64,000 nucleotides of DNA. Origin: an uncultured Nitrospiraceae bacterium. GTDB lineage: Bacteria > Nitrospirota > Thermodesulfovibrionia > Thermodesulfovibrionales > SM23-35. Both the position numbers and the translations under genes were made by a program. The stretch covers positions 576,001 through 640,000 of the forward strand of contig CAVSHB010000002.1 in the NCBI GenBank assembly GCA_963727775.1. Reading direction: 5' to 3'. The notes beneath the pieces are model-generated. The model worked only from the letters and a program-made list of their open reading frames with translations. It had not been told where the DNA came from and made no database searches. Shown piece after piece: positions 40,298 through 52,131 of the stretch (positions within the stretch are counted from its first letter, which is position 1; every line of letters starts with the position of its first letter).

Positions 40298-41158
40298 ATG
40301 GAAATTATCCGGATACCGCATATAATGCGGGACACTTCAACCGGCCATATTCTATGTACGAAGTCAATAGGTTTTGTGCCGACGATGGGGGCATTGCATG
40401 AGGGTCATCTCAGTCTTGTCAGGAGGGCCAGGCAGGAAAATGATATAGCAGTGGTGAGCATATTTGTTAACCCGATCCAGTTCGGCCCCTCAGAAGATTT
40501 CACCAGGTATCCCCGGGACCTGGAAGGAGACATGGAGAAACTGCGGGTCGAAGTAGTGGATATCCTCTTTATCCCGGACATTTCATTGATGTATCCGGAG
40601 GGATTCTTGACCCATGTGGAAGTTGAGAAGATTTCGGATGAACTTTGCGGAGCATTCAGGCCGGGCCATTTCAAAGGAGTGGCAACTGTCGTGACAAAGC
40701 TTTTCCACATAATAAAACCTACAAGGGCATACTTCGGCCAGAAGGATTTTCAGCAGGCCGCCATTATAAGGAGGCTGGTTAAAGACCTCGATATGGACAT
40801 CGATGTGGTAGTGTGTCCGACTACAAGAGAGCGGGACGGTCTTGCGATGAGCTCCAGGAACGTATACCTTACTACAAAGATGAGAGAGGCGTCGACTATT
40901 ATCTACCGGTGTCTTACAGAGGCCTCGGACTCGATCAATTCTGGTATAATAAAAACTGGTCCTGTTAAGAGGGCGATGCACGAAAGGCTCCTTAATGAAC
41001 CTGCCGTGTCCGGTATTGATTATGCCGGCATATACGACCCTGAAACCCTTAATGAGCTTTCCGAGATTAAAAGCGCTGTACTGATCGCGATAGCGGTGAA
41101 GATCGGAAATACGAGGCTCATAGATAATATGCTTGTAAACACAAGGAAAGAGAGGTAA
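40298..41158 (+). CDS. panC: Pantoate--beta-alanine ligase
   Basis: VPTMGALHEGH, SIFVNPIQF, RPGHF, FGQKD, GLAMSSRN, RLIDN. Confidence 0.96.
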   Translation: MEIIRIPHIMRDTSTGHILCTKSIGFVPTMGALHEGHLSLVRRARQENDIAVVSIFVNPIQFGPSEDFTRYPRDLEGDMEKLRVEVVDILFIPDISLMYPEGFLTHVEVEKISDELCGAFRPGHFKGVATVVTKLFHIIKPTRAYFGQKDFQQAAIIRRLVKDLDMDIDVVVCPTTRERDGLAMSSRNVYLTTKMREASTIIYRCLTEASDSINSGIIKTGPVKRAMHERLLNEPAVSGIDYAGIYDPETLNELSEIKSAVLIAIAVKIGNTRLIDNMLVNTRKER

Positions 41159-41163
41159 CACGA

Positions 41164-41502
41164 ATGCTCCAAAGAGTTCATGTCCAGGTACTCGATAACC
41201 CGACAGAGGGCATTCTTTTTGATGATAATTCAACGGAAGTAAGCGGGACAAACAAGATACTCACGGAGGAACTTTCCAAGGAGATGAGTTATTTTTATCC
41301 TTCTGTTGTGTTTGTCGAATACATCGACCTGTTCATGGACGGGGATGAAGAATTCGACGATATAAAGGAACTTTTGCGCATGGGCGCGCTGAACACTCCT
41401 ATCGTCTTAATAAACGGGGTATTGAAGATCCACGGCGGCCTCCCGGCCACGGTGATCAGAAGGGAAGTGGAAAAACTCCTGTCCTCGGGGCCGATTCACT
41501 GA
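41164..41502 (+). CDS. Hypothetical acidic protein, possible thioredoxin-like fold without CxxC
   Basis: VEYIDL...TPIVLING..IHGG pattern; directly downstream of panC. Confidence 0.55.
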   Translation: MLQRVHVQVLDNPTEGILFDDNSTEVSGTNKILTEELSKEMSYFYPSVVFVEYIDLFMDGDEEFDDIKELLRMGALNTPIVLINGVLKIHGGLPATVIRREVEKLLSSGPIH

Positions 41503-41541
41503 AGTATTAAAGCAGCCGCAGGCTTAAGCCTGCGTTCAGAA

Positions 41542-43410
41542 CTATGGTCTTTTACTCAATAAGTCTGCGACGGTCGGAAAAAGGCTTATGTCCGTATGCG
41601 GCAGGAAGAGGGCGGACATGTATTCATCCATGAACCTCCTTGATACGGAAAGTTCAATGTTCGTCATCTTATGGGCGATCTCCTCAGCTTCTTTTCGCAT
41701 GGCGTCGGAGAGGAGACAGAGATACGCGCCTGCAATGGAAGTATTGCCCACGAGTACAAATTTCTTTTTCGGCATATCGGGCAACATTCCTATAATGACC
41801 GCTTTATCAATGTTGAGATAATTCCCGAACCCTCCCGCAATGTAAACATGCTCTATGTCATCGAGCGCCAACCCGACTTTTTTCAAAAGCAGCGAAATAC
41901 CCGCGTATATTGCCGCTTTCGCCCTCATGATGTTTTCTATATCGACCTCCGTCAATACGATCTCCCTGCGGTCATCACTGTAAAATAAGAATTCGGGGCC
42001 TTCAAAGCCGTCTCTGATCCGGTCTGTCCCTCCTTTCACAAACCTTCCTTTTTGGTCTATGACCCCAGACAATAACATCTCTGTTATCGCGTCTATCATG
42101 CCCGATCCGCATATCCCGACAGGCTTCCCTCCTCCTATTACTCCAAGTGAAGGCTCAAATGTCCGGGGATCGATCTTTACGGACTCCACGGCGCCTTCGG
42201 TCGCCCTCATGCCGTGTCTTATACCGCTTCCTTCAAAACACGGGCCCGCAGAGCACGCGGCTGTAACGAGCCATTCCCGGTTGCCGATCACGATTTCTCC
42301 GTTTGTGCCGATATCCAGGAACAAAGATACTTCATCCTGCCTGTGCATTTTTGACGCAAGGACCCCAGCGACTATATCACCGCCTATATAACTGGCAATG
42401 CACGGGACCGTATATACAGGCGCAAGACCGTTGATTTTTATTCCGGCGGTGCCCGCATTCCACAAAGGAAAGAAATTTAGTGTCGGCGTATAAGGGTCTT
42501 CCCGGATATATCCGGGGTTGAGCTTCCAGAAGATATGGGACATCGTTGTATTGCCCGAAATCACTGCGGACTCGATCTCTCCGGTTTTTATGTTATGCTT
42601 TTCAATTATCACGGATAAAAGGTCATTGATATCCGTTGTCACAGCCTCACTGAGTTCTCCGAGCCCGCCTGCTTCTGTTGCGCAGACTATCCTCGTGATT
42701 ACGTCATCTCCGTATCGTATCTGTGAATTGTAAGTTGATCCGACATCAATGATACTGCCGTCTTTAAGGTCGACTACATATACGACGATCGTTGTTGTGC
42801 CTATATCTACTGCCATGCCGTATCGCTCCCTAAGCCCCTTCGGCGTTATAAACAAAGCCTTCCGGTCATCAGTGTAAGCAAGGTTGACCTTCCAATCCGC
42901 TTCCCTGAGAGATACGGCCAGCGATGATACAAAACTATAAGTAAATCTCAGGTCCTTCAAGCCATTCCCCTCTGCCGCCTGAATAAACCGTTCAAGGTCT
43001 CCGGCATTGTCATGTATAGAAGGGGGCGTGATGTCGAGGGAAATCCATTTCACAACCGGAGAAATTTTTCCATCCAGAGACCGGAAGAGTTCACAAAGGT
43101 CCTTAAACCGGGAAATCTCAATGATGTCTCCAATGACGATTGTTGATTCTTTCGGAATATCTATGGTGATATTTTCTTCAGGAACTATCTGACACGCAAG
43201 CACAACACCTGATTGTATCTCGTCGGGACCGAGTTTGCCCGTGGATTTTGCGGAGTATTTCCCTTCGAGTATCCTGATGCGGCATTTCCCGCATGTTCCT
43301 TTGCCTCCGCATGAGGTAGTAAGGTATACACGTTGTCTTTTCAAAGCCTGAAGCAGGTTTTCACTATCAGTCACGTCCAGAATTTTGCCGGTCGATAATT
43401 TGATATTCAT
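41542..43410 (-). CDS. Corrinoid reductive activator (RACo/AcsV, ASKHA ATPase with N-terminal 2Fe-2S)
   Basis: CGGKGTCGKC..LACQ; VDIGTTT; GDDVITRI; DIGTNGE; AGPCFEG; GICGSG; AGGFG. Confidence 0.88.
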   Translation of the reverse strand: MNIKLSTGKILDVTDSENLLQALKRQRVYLTTSCGGKGTCGKCRIRILEGKYSAKSTGKLGPDEIQSGVVLACQIVPEENITIDIPKESTIVIGDIIEISRFKDLCELFRSLDGKISPVVKWISLDITPPSIHDNAGDLERFIQAAEGNGLKDLRFTYSFVSSLAVSLREADWKVNLAYTDDRKALFITPKGLRERYGMAVDIGTTTIVVYVVDLKDGSIIDVGSTYNSQIRYGDDVITRIVCATEAGGLGELSEAVTTDINDLLSVIIEKHNIKTGEIESAVISGNTTMSHIFWKLNPGYIREDPYTPTLNFFPLWNAGTAGIKINGLAPVYTVPCIASYIGGDIVAGVLASKMHRQDEVSLFLDIGTNGEIVIGNREWLVTAACSAGPCFEGSGIRHGMRATEGAVESVKIDPRTFEPSLGVIGGGKPVGICGSGMIDAITEMLLSGVIDQKGRFVKGGTDRIRDGFEGPEFLFYSDDRREIVLTEVDIENIMRAKAAIYAGISLLLKKVGLALDDIEHVYIAGGFGNYLNIDKAVIIGMLPDMPKKKFVLVGNTSIAGAYLCLLSDAMRKEAEEIAHKMTNIELSVSRRFMDEYMSALFLPHTDISLFPTVADLLSKRP

Positions 43411-43554
43411 AATTGTTGCACCTATTCTATCATAAGATATGCTCGCCTGCCGCCATAGTAAAATTTATATAACTTTGGGTCTTCTATTTGAAAATGAGTT
43501 TGATATAATCTGCTTAATTGTATAATTATAAATCTGAAGGAGTATTTTACAGTT

Positions 43555-44025
43555 ATGAAAAGAATACTATATGTCCTATTTTTATGCCTCGGACTTTCGG
43601 TCTCTTTTTTTGCGACTGCACGGATAGTTCAGGCTACTCTTGGCGAACCAGTCGATTCAATCTCTGCGGACAGAAAAGCCTTATCGGCTGTTCGGCGCGC
43701 CGCGACTGTACATAAGGGCTACGCGGTCCAGGAAATCGCATCCGATTCGACCGTTGTGCGACAATATATTTCGCCGTCGGGAATCGTATTCGGTATAGCG
43801 TGGAACGGCTTGATCCACCCCGATCTTACTCAGCTCCTGGGCTCCTATGATAGCGAATACCGGGAAGCTTTACAGCAGACGCCGCGCAAACGGGGCAGCA
43901 GACGCTTACAGGTGAAGACGAACCGGGTTGTTGTCGAGAAATGGGGGCACATGCGGAACCTTCAGGGACGGGCTTACGCCCGGGCCTTAATTCCTCCAGG
44001 AGTAAACGTAGATGAAATCAGGTAA
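43555..44025 (+). CDS. DUF2844-like secreted protein
   Basis: Signal peptide + ATLG; VRQYI...GIVFGIAWNG...PDL.QLLG.Y; GHMR...GRAY...IPPGV. Confidence 0.75.
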   Translation: MKRILYVLFLCLGLSVSFFATARIVQATLGEPVDSISADRKALSAVRRAATVHKGYAVQEIASDSTVVRQYISPSGIVFGIAWNGLIHPDLTQLLGSYDSEYREALQQTPRKRGSRRLQVKTNRVVVEKWGHMRNLQGRAYARALIPPGVNVDEIR

Positions 44026-45196
44026 GATATCGATCCTTATGATTGTTCTTGTGTTGATGGCCGCATGCGGCGGTGGATCGTCGGGAGGGGGCGGTTCTAC
44101 GCCAGTCAATACCGGGGACAATGTACTCACCATCACCGTGAACGGGTCATTGTGTTCGGCTAACTCTTACACGAATAAGCCTTGCGTAAGTCTGACGATC
44201 TGTTCGCCCGGAACCTCGACCTGTCAGACGATAAATGACATTCTGCTTGATACCGGAAGCTATGGGTTACGTATATTTAAACAGGCACTGAGCGTCCCTT
44301 TGACGCAAGTTACCGCCGGTTCCGGATCGCTCGCCGAGTGCGTACAGTTCTCAGACGGGTCCTCGGATTGGGGGCCTGTTCAGACAGCGAGCGTCATCCT
44401 GGGGAACGAGCCTGCGGTCCTGGTACCGATCCAGGTCATTGACTCAACTTTCGCCAGTGCCCCTCACGCGTGCAAAAATCCTGACAAAAGTCCGGCTGAT
44501 GCCGGATTCAACGGGATACTCGGGATCGGCCTCTTTGCCCAGGACTGCGGTCCGGACTGCTCAGGCAACGCCGGCAATGGGCAATATTATACCTGTAACG
44601 GATCGAGCTGCAGCGGAACTACTGCTGCCCTCTCAAATCAAGTACAGAACCCGATAGCTTTGTTGCCCCTTGACAACAACGGGTTTATAGTTAAGCTTCC
44701 GAATGTTCCTTCTGGAGGCTCGCCCTCGGTCAATGGCACCCTTGTGCTTGGTATCGGGACCCGGTCCAACAACGTGCCTCCAAAAGTGACAACGTATCCC
44801 GCCAACCAGGTCGGTGAATTCATTACAACCTTCAACGGTAACACTTACAGCAGTTTTATCGACAGCGGCTCAAATGGCCTATTCTTTCCTTCTCCCTCAT
44901 CCAGTCTGCTTCCGGATTGCGCTCCTCCCAATTCAGGATTTTACTGCCCCTCTGTCATAAGGAGCTTCAGTACTACCAATACAGGCGCCTTCGGTTCCCC
45001 GAGTGGAGTAGTCTCTTTCGAGATAGGAGACTTCGATAGTCTTATGTCTTCGCCCAACAACGTATTTCCAGATTTAGGGGGGAGTGATGTTGGCGAATTC
45101 GACTGGGGACTTCCATTTTATTTAGGGCGGGATGTCTATCTGGGGATCGATGGGACTACGTCCAGCCTTGGCAACGGTCCTTACTGGGCTTATTGA
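44012..45196 (+). CDS. DUF3443-like lipoprotein with pepsin-type DTG/DSG motifs
   Basis: Lipobox MAAC; LLDTGSYGL; NGILGIG; QNPI..LDNNG; FIDSGSNG; DWGLPF. Confidence 0.75.
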   Translation: MKSGKISILMIVLVLMAACGGGSSGGGGSTPVNTGDNVLTITVNGSLCSANSYTNKPCVSLTICSPGTSTCQTINDILLDTGSYGLRIFKQALSVPLTQVTAGSGSLAECVQFSDGSSDWGPVQTASVILGNEPAVLVPIQVIDSTFASAPHACKNPDKSPADAGFNGILGIGLFAQDCGPDCSGNAGNGQYYTCNGSSCSGTTAALSNQVQNPIALLPLDNNGFIVKLPNVPSGGSPSVNGTLVLGIGTRSNNVPPKVTTYPANQVGEFITTFNGNTYSSFIDSGSNGLFFPSPSSSLLPDCAPPNSGFYCPSVIRSFSTTNTGAFGSPSGVVSFEIGDFDSLMSSPNNVFPDLGGSDVGEFDWGLPFYLGRDVYLGIDGTTSSLGNGPYWAY

Positions 45197-45413
45197 TTGT
45201 AATCACCTGCCTTGTAACCAACTGTTCATTTACTGCGTCTCTAAATAAAAGACCGGTGTAAATCCGGAATTTTTTATCTTCTTCTTTTTTGCGGCAGCCA
45301 GTCTCCCCCCTATAGACTGGCTGCTCCCTCCCTAATATATGCGGGCGCTCATAATTCATTGAGTTTGTTCATCCTACATGGTATATTAATCAAAATAAAT
45401 GAGGTCATGATAT

Positions 45414-46679
45414 ATGCTGATTGTACAAAAATACGGCGGAACATCCGTCGGCAGTATTGAGAGGATTAAGGCCGTTGCCGAACGGGTTTTTAATACCATG
45501 GCACAAGGTAATAAGGTAGTTGTTATCGTCTCGGCAATGTCCGGTGAGACTGACAAGCTCATCAAGCTTTCAAATCAGATTTCTCAAAATCCCGACGGAC
45601 GTGAGATGGATCTCCTCCTCTCAGCAGGGGAGCGCACCAGCGCCGCCCTCACAGCAATTGCAATAAATGAACTCGGCGTCAAGTCGCTGTCTTTTACCGG
45701 CAGACAGGTGGGTATTATTACAAATGAAGTCCATACGCAGGCAAAGATAGAAAAGATAACGGGAGAAAGAGTGAAGAAGGCCATTTCAAAAGGGATAATA
45801 CCTGTTATCGCGGGTTTCCAGGGTGTAACAGAGACTTCTGAAGTTACAACGCTTGGAAGGGGAGGGTCGGATTTAACTGCTGTAGCCGTAGCTGCTGCGT
45901 TGAAAGCCGATCTTTGCGAGATATATACGGATGTTGACGGCGTGTTTACTACAGACCCTAATATTGTGCCTGATGCGAAAAAGCTCGCTAAGATCTCTTA
46001 TGAAGAGATGCTCGAGATGGCGAGTCTCGGCGCGAAGGTTCTGCAGACAAGGTCGGTCGAGTTCGCAAAAAAATACGATGTGCCTGTTGTGGTCAGGTCG
46101 AGTTTCAATAATAATGCCGGTACACTGGTCGTGAAGGAGGACAAGGAGATGGAAAAGGTTGTCGTATCAGGCGTTGCCTATGATAAGAACCAGGCTAAGA
46201 TAACCGTGGTGGCAGTTCCGGATAAGCCGGGGGTGGCGGCAAGACTCTTCAACGCAATTGCCGGTGCTAATATTATTGTTGATATGATCGTCCAGAACAT
46301 AAGCAGCGACGGGAAGGCGACGGACATATCCTTTACTGTGCCGAAGGCCGACAGTAGAAATGCACTGAAGATTACGGAAGAGATCGTCACCGAACTCGGC
46401 GCAAAGGACGTTAAACTGAGGGAAGATATAGCCAAGGTTTCTGTGATAGGCGTCGGTATGAGGACCCATTCAGGAGTTGCGGCAAAGATGTTTGAGACAC
46501 TTGCAAAGCACAGCATCAATATTATAATGATAAGCACTTCTGAGATAAAGGTCTCTTGCGTTGTTGATTCAAAATATACGGAGCTTGCGGTCAGGGTGCT
46601 GCATGATGCGTTTGGTCTCGGGGAAGATATTCAAGAGCAGGCTAAAAAGAGTAAGAAGGTAGTCCAAAGGAAACGTTAG
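45414..46679 (+). CDS. lysC: Aspartate kinase
   Basis: [23 protein letters not shown], two ACT domains, STSEIK. Confidence 0.95.
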   Translation: MLIVQKYGGTSVGSIERIKAVAERVFNTMAQGNKVVVIVSAMSGETDKLIKLSNQISQNPDGREMDLLLSAGERTSAALTAIAINELGVKSLSFTGRQVGIITNEVHTQAKIEKITGERVKKAISKGIIPVIAGFQGVTETSEVTTLGRGGSDLTAVAVAAALKADLCEIYTDVDGVFTTDPNIVPDAKKLAKISYEEMLEMASLGAKVLQTRSVEFAKKYDVPVVVRSSFNNNAGTLVVKEDKEMEKVVVSGVAYDKNQAKITVVAVPDKPGVAARLFNAIAGANIIVDMIVQNISSDGKATDISFTVPKADSRNALKITEEIVTELGAKDVKLREDIAKVSVIGVGMRTHSGVAAKMFETLAKHSINIIMISTSEIKVSCVVDSKYTELAVRVLHDAFGLGEDIQEQAKKSKKVVQRKR

Positions 46680-46686
46680 TGTTGTT

Positions 46687-48252
46687 ATGCGGCAGATAGA
46701 GATATATGATACAACATTGAGGGACGGGGCGCAGACAGAAGATATCGCATTTTCTGTAGAGGACAAGCTCCGGATTACCGAGAAGCTTGATGAGCTCGGG
46801 GTGCATTACATAGAAGGAGGCTGGCCCGGAGCCAATCCAAAGGATATTGAGTATTTCAAGAAAGCAAGGAAGATCAAATTTAGGAATGCAAGCATAGTTG
46901 CATTTGGCAGCACTCACAGGCCTAAATTCAAGGTAAGTGAAGATGCCTTAATGAAAGCGCTCCTTGATTCAAAAGTGAAAATCATTACGATCTTCGGAAA
47001 GTCATGGGATTTCCATGTCAAAGAGGCGCTGAAGATATCTCTCAACGAAAACCTGGATATTATCCATAATTCGGTCTCCTATCTCAAGAAAAATGTAGAG
47101 ACCGTTTTTTATGATGCGGAACATTTCTTCGACGGATATAAGGACAATCAGAAATATGCTCTCAAGTGCCTTCTTGCCGCGCAGGATGCCGGCGCAGACT
47201 GTCTCGTGCTCTGTGACACAAATGGCGGGACCATGCCTAATGAGATAAGGAAGATTATTGAAGAAGTCAGAAAAAATGTTCATACTCCTCTCGGTATCCA
47301 CTGCCATAATGATTCCGAATGCGCGGTTGCAAATTCTGTTGTCGCGGTAGAAAGCGGTGCTGCTCATGTACAGGGGACGATCAACGGGCTCGGTGAGCGG
47401 TGCGGGAATGCAAACCTATGCTCTGTAATACCTGATTTGCAGATTAAACTCGGGATGAAGTGTATCGGTGATCAGATGAGAAGGTTGAGGGATGTATCAA
47501 GGTTTGTGACTGAGATAGCCAATCTCAGGCATTTCAAGAGACAGCCCTTTGTCGGAGACAGCGCTTTCGCCCATAAGGCGGGGATGCATGTAAGCGCAGT
47601 AAGGAAGAGGCCTGAAACTTATGAACATATCAGGCCGGAGGTTGTCGGTAATTCCCAGAGAGTATTGATATCGGACCTGGCGGGGAAGAGCAATATATTG
47701 AGGAAGGCAGAGGAATTTGGTATCCGCCTTGACCCTGATTCTCCCCAGATACAGGACATCGTGACAACCTTAAAGAACCTTGAAAACGAGGGTTTCCAGT
47801 TTGAGGGTGCAGAAGCCTCGTTCGAACTCCTTATGAAAAAGTCGTTGGGGCTCCACAAAAGATTTTTTGATCTTATAGGGTTCAGGATTATCGTTGAGAA
47901 GAGACAGGAGGGGGAGGAGGCCCTAAGTGAGGCGACGATTATGGTAAAGGTCGGGGGCCGGATCGAACATACCGCTGCGACGGGGAACGGTCCGGTAAAT
48001 GCAATCGATCATGCCATGCGAAAGGCGCTTGATAAGTTTTATCCGGAGCTGAAAGACGTCAAGCTGCACGATTATAAGGTACGTGTCCTGACGGCTGGCA
48101 GAGGTACCTCTGCAAAGGTCAGGGTACTTATTGAATCAGGAGATGAGGAGAAAAGATGGGGCACTGTCGGAGTGTCCGAGAATATTATTGAAGCATCATA
48201 TCAGGCGCTGGTCGACAGCATCGAATATAAACTGCTGAAGGAAGAGCGGTAA
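46687..48252 (+). CDS. cimA: Citramalate synthase (LeuA/CimA family)
   Basis: [43 protein letters not shown]. Confidence 0.85.
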   Translation: MRQIEIYDTTLRDGAQTEDIAFSVEDKLRITEKLDELGVHYIEGGWPGANPKDIEYFKKARKIKFRNASIVAFGSTHRPKFKVSEDALMKALLDSKVKIITIFGKSWDFHVKEALKISLNENLDIIHNSVSYLKKNVETVFYDAEHFFDGYKDNQKYALKCLLAAQDAGADCLVLCDTNGGTMPNEIRKIIEEVRKNVHTPLGIHCHNDSECAVANSVVAVESGAAHVQGTINGLGERCGNANLCSVIPDLQIKLGMKCIGDQMRRLRDVSRFVTEIANLRHFKRQPFVGDSAFAHKAGMHVSAVRKRPETYEHIRPEVVGNSQRVLISDLAGKSNILRKAEEFGIRLDPDSPQIQDIVTTLKNLENEGFQFEGAEASFELLMKKSLGLHKRFFDLIGFRIIVEKRQEGEEALSEATIMVKVGGRIEHTAATGNGPVNAIDHAMRKALDKFYPELKDVKLHDYKVRVLTAGRGTSAKVRVLIESGDEEKRWGTVGVSENIIEASYQALVDSIEYKLLKEER

Positions 48253-48286
48253 GCAGATTATATAAGTTGTAGTTTATGGTCAGACT

Positions 48287-49336
48287 CTACTTCGTGATTT
48301 TCTGGAACAGTTCATCGAGAAGATCTTCCTCGTCGACGCTTTTGACTATCCGTCCTTTCTTGAAGAGGATGCCTCTCCCTTTCCCTCCTGCTATACCATA
48401 GTCAGCTTCTCTCGCTTCTCCGGGGCCGTTCACTATACATCCCATAACGGCAATGGTCATCGGCTTGTCGATATTTTTAACCCTGTCTTCAACCTTTTTT
48501 ACAAGCCGTTTCAGGTCGATCCTGCACCTGCCGCAGGTGGGACAGGATATGATGTTTACCCCTCTGCGTCTCAACCCGAGCGAAGCCAAAATGCCGTAAG
48601 CTACTCTCACTTCTTCTTCAGGGTTTGCAGTTAGCGATACTCTTATAGTATCTCCGATTCCGTTATTAAGTAATATGCCGAGCCCGACAGAGCTCTTTAT
48701 AATCCCTTGAGACGGTGGGCCTGCTTCTGATATCCCTATATGGAGAGGGTAATCATATCTTTCCGAAAACAACCTGTATGCCTCAACTGTTTTCAAGACA
48801 TCCGATGCCTTCAGTGAGACCTTGATAGCCGTAAAACCGAGTTCTTCGAGTATCTGTATATTCCCTCCGGCACTCTCAACCAAAGCCTCCGGCGTCGGAT
48901 GCCCATACTTACGTAAAAGCCCTTTATCGAGAGAGCCCGCGTTTACACCTATCCGTATCGGTATCCCTCTGTCCATTGCCGCGGTTACGACCTCCTTTAT
49001 CTTCCACCGCGCACCAATGTTCCCGGGGTTTATCCTGAGTCCGTCAACCCCCTGCTTTATTGCTTCGAGCGCAAGCCGCCAGTCAAAATGGATATCAGCT
49101 ATCATGGGAATTGCAATCGACTTTTTTATCCTGCCGAGTTCTTTTGCCGCCTCTGCATCAGGTACTGCAAGCCTGATAATCTCACACCCTTTTGTTTCGA
49201 GGGCTTTTATCTGTTTTACCGTTGAACGAACATCCGCAGTGCCTGTTTTTGTCATGGACTGAACAGCAACAGGATGTCCCCCTCCAATCGGCACTTTTCC
49301 GACATAAACCGTCCTTGTCTTTTTACGGGCTTCCAT
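48287..49336 (-). CDS. ispG: HMBPP synthase
   Basis: VQSMT, ADIHF, RINPGN, RIGVNAGSL, GDTIRVSL, SCPTCGR, MGCIVNGPGE. Confidence 0.96.
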   Translation of the reverse strand: MEARKKTRTVYVGKVPIGGGHPVAVQSMTKTGTADVRSTVKQIKALETKGCEIIRLAVPDAEAAKELGRIKKSIAIPMIADIHFDWRLALEAIKQGVDGLRINPGNIGARWKIKEVVTAAMDRGIPIRIGVNAGSLDKGLLRKYGHPTPEALVESAGGNIQILEELGFTAIKVSLKASDVLKTVEAYRLFSERYDYPLHIGISEAGPPSQGIIKSSVGLGILLNNGIGDTIRVSLTANPEEEVRVAYGILASLGLRRRGVNIISCPTCGRCRIDLKRLVKKVEDRVKNIDKPMTIAVMGCIVNGPGEAREADYGIAGGKGRGILFKKGRIVKSVDEEDLLDELFQKITK

Positions 49337-50381
49337 TTTTCTCCGCGTTTTTCCTGCTGGTTTTTTTGTTCTCTTTCTCTAACGCTGTTTCTATCTGCCT
49401 TTTTACCCTGTATTCATTTACAGCGGCCTGGTGTTCTTCGGCGCTGACGGAAAAGTGATGCGTGCCGTCATTATTAGATACAAAATAAATATACGGCACG
49501 TCCGCAGGGTAAAGTGCCGCCGTGATCGATTTTATGCCGGGGGACGCAATCGGTCCCGGCGGAAGGCCTTTTATCATATATGTGTTATAAGGGGTGTTCT
49601 TTTTCAGATCATCAGACGTAATTTTTTCTTTTGAGCTTTTTATCCCGTAGATAGCCGTAGGGTCTGCCTGAAGCCGCATCTTTTTCTTGAGCCTGTTATG
49701 GTAAACAGCCGAGATTAAAGGCCTGTCCGCATCCGTAATCGCCTCTTTTTCGATTATTGAAGCAAGGGTCAATACCTCATTGTCCGAGAACCCGATCTCT
49801 GATGCCCTTGCAGTTAGTTTCCCGGAATATTTTTCCCTCATTTTGTTTATCATCATCCCTACTGCTTCTTCAGGCGCCATCCCTTTCGGTATCTTGTATG
49901 TCTCAGGGAAAAGGTATCCTTCAATTGTCGGGGCATTGATATTGTGTGAAGATAAAAAGGTTTTATCCGACGAAAGCTGCCGGAGCGCATCATTATCCGC
50001 TATGCCTTTTTCAGATAACTTTGCTGCAACCTCCCTTAGGGAGTCACCCTCAACAACCGTTATCTCATATTCGATTATCTGTCCCTTTCTTAAGATTCTC
50101 AAGAGATCGAGGGAGTTCATTGATTTGTAAATCGAATAATATCCGGCCCTTATCTTTCTGTCGAGGCCGCTTATCCTGCCGATGAACAGAAACAGGTTTT
50201 TGTCACGGATCACTCCTTCTTTGTAAAAGATTTCGATAGCATGCCTGAAAGTAGCGCCTTTGGGCACCGCGATCTCGATATTCTTATTGCCGACCGGCAA
50301 AGGTATCAGGAGTTGAACAGAGATATAGACCAGACAGGAAAGAATGATGCCCGCTGATATGAAAATGATATTTTTTTTCAT
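49323..50381 (-). CDS. mltG: Endolytic transglycosylase
   Basis: EGYLFPETY, LASIIEKE, NRL...LQADPT, YNTY..GLPPGPI. Confidence 0.93.
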   Translation of the reverse strand: MKKNIIFISAGIILSCLVYISVQLLIPLPVGNKNIEIAVPKGATFRHAIEIFYKEGVIRDKNLFLFIGRISGLDRKIRAGYYSIYKSMNSLDLLRILRKGQIIEYEITVVEGDSLREVAAKLSEKGIADNDALRQLSSDKTFLSSHNINAPTIEGYLFPETYKIPKGMAPEEAVGMMINKMREKYSGKLTARASEIGFSDNEVLTLASIIEKEAITDADRPLISAVYHNRLKKKMRLQADPTAIYGIKSSKEKITSDDLKKNTPYNTYMIKGLPPGPIASPGIKSITAALYPADVPYIYFVSNNDGTHHFSVSAEEHQAAVNEYRVKRQIETALEKENKKTSRKNAEKNGSP

Positions 50382-50430
50382 TGTTTTAGGATGACAGAAT
50401 AAATGCGGAAATGTAAAGAATACATCGATT

Positions 50431-50462
50431 AAAAAAGAAAGCGGGGAAACCCCCGCTTTCTT
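50431..50462 (-). terminator. Intrinsic terminator after groL
   Basis: AAGAAAGCGGGG-AAAC-CCCCGCTTTCTT hairpin with T-tract on the minus strand. Confidence 0.8.
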
Positions 50463-50483
50463 GATGTACTTATTATTTAAATC

Positions 50484-52112
50484 TTAATACATGCCGCCCA
50501 TGCCGCCGCCCGGAGGCATTGGAGGCTCAGACTTTTCCTCTGGAATGTCTGTGATCATTACAGAGGTGGTCAGCATCAATGCCGCGACTGATGCCGCATT
50601 CTGCAGCGCATATCTTGTTACCTTTGTGGGGTCGATAATCCCTGCTTTAATCATGTCGACGTAATCTTCTTTATCTGCATCAAAGCCGTAGTTGACTTCT
50701 TTTGCGTGTTTTACTTTTTCGACTATTATTGATCCCTCAAGCCCTGCATTGTTGACGATCTGTCTGATCGGCTCTTCGAGTGACCTTTTCACTATTTCAA
50801 CGCCTATCTGTTGATCGGCGTCGAGTTTAACAGCTTTTAGGGCAGAAAGGCATCTGAGCAATGCAACTCCTCCACCAGGGATAATCCCCTCTTCAACAGC
50901 CGCCCTTGTGGCATTGAGTGCATCTTCGACCCTTGCCTTTTTCTCTTTCATCTCCGTCTCGGTTGCTGCTCCAACGTTGATCACGGCGACTCCGCCGACG
51001 AGCTTTGCAAGCCTTTCCTGGAGCTTCTCCTTGTCGTAGTCGGAGGTTGTTTCTTCTATCTGTGCCTTGATCTGCTTGACCCTCCCCTGGATCTTCGCCG
51101 GATCTCCTGCGCCTTCGACGATCGTTGTATTTTCCTTGTCCACGTTAATCTTCTTTGCGCGGCCCAGGTCGGATATCTTTATGCTTTCAAGCTTTATCCC
51201 GAGGTCTTCCGATATCATTGTGCCGCCGGTAAGAACGGCGATATCTTCGAGCATGGACTTGCGTCTTTCCCCAAAACCCGGCGCCTTCACAGCGCATACC
51301 TGAATTGTCCCGCGGAGCTTGTTCACAACGAGAGTTGCGAGTGCCTCACCCTCAATCTCTTCTGCAAGGATCATTAAAGGTTTCCCCATCTTTGCAGTCT
51401 GCTCGAGTATCGGGAGAAGGTCTTTCATACTTGATATCTTTTTCTCATTGATAAGAATAAAGGCATCTTCGAGTATACACTGCATTCTTTCGGGGTCGGT
51501 TATGAAATACGGCGATATGTAGCCCCTGTCGAATTGCATGCCTTCAACGACATCGAGGGTTGTTGCCATACTCTTGGCCTCTTCAACGGTAATGACACCG
51601 TCTTTTCCGACCTTGTCCATGGCCTCTGCGATCAATTCACCGATTGAGGAGTCGTTATTTGCGGAGATTGTGCCGACCTGTGCGATCTCTTTCTTGTCCT
51701 GGACCGGCTTGCTGAGTTTCTTGAGTTCTTCGATGACCACTTCTACTGCTTTTTCGATACCCCTCTTGATGTCCATGGGGCTTGCACCTGCAGTCACGTT
51801 TTTCATCCCTTCCCTGTAAATCGCGTGGGCAAGGACCGTAGCTGTAGTGGTGCCATCACCTGCAGTATCGGATGTCTTCGACGCCACTTCTCTTACGAGT
51901 TGTGCACCCATATTTTCCCATGGATCTTTCAGTTCGATCTCTTTTGCGACGGTGACGCCGTCCTTTGTTATTGTGGGCGCGCCGTATTTCTTATCAAGTA
52001 TTGCATTCCTTCCTTTCGGACCCAAGGTTGCCTTGACGGCATCGGTCAGCATGCTTACTCCCTTGAGTATAGCGCTTCTTGCTGCATCATCAAAAAGAAG
52101 CTGTTTAGCCAT
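50484..52112 (-). CDS. groL: Chaperonin GroEL
   Basis: [25 protein letters not shown] tail. Confidence 0.98.
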   Translation of the reverse strand: MAKQLLFDDAARSAILKGVSMLTDAVKATLGPKGRNAILDKKYGAPTITKDGVTVAKEIELKDPWENMGAQLVREVASKTSDTAGDGTTTATVLAHAIYREGMKNVTAGASPMDIKRGIEKAVEVVIEELKKLSKPVQDKKEIAQVGTISANNDSSIGELIAEAMDKVGKDGVITVEEAKSMATTLDVVEGMQFDRGYISPYFITDPERMQCILEDAFILINEKKISSMKDLLPILEQTAKMGKPLMILAEEIEGEALATLVVNKLRGTIQVCAVKAPGFGERRKSMLEDIAVLTGGTMISEDLGIKLESIKISDLGRAKKINVDKENTTIVEGAGDPAKIQGRVKQIKAQIEETTSDYDKEKLQERLAKLVGGVAVINVGAATETEMKEKKARVEDALNATRAAVEEGIIPGGGVALLRCLSALKAVKLDADQQIGVEIVKRSLEEPIRQIVNNAGLEGSIIVEKVKHAKEVNYGFDADKEDYVDMIKAGIIDPTKVTRYALQNAASVAALMLTTSVMITDIPEEKSEPPMPPGGGMGGMY

Positions 52113-52131
52113 TAATCAATCCTCCTTTTTA

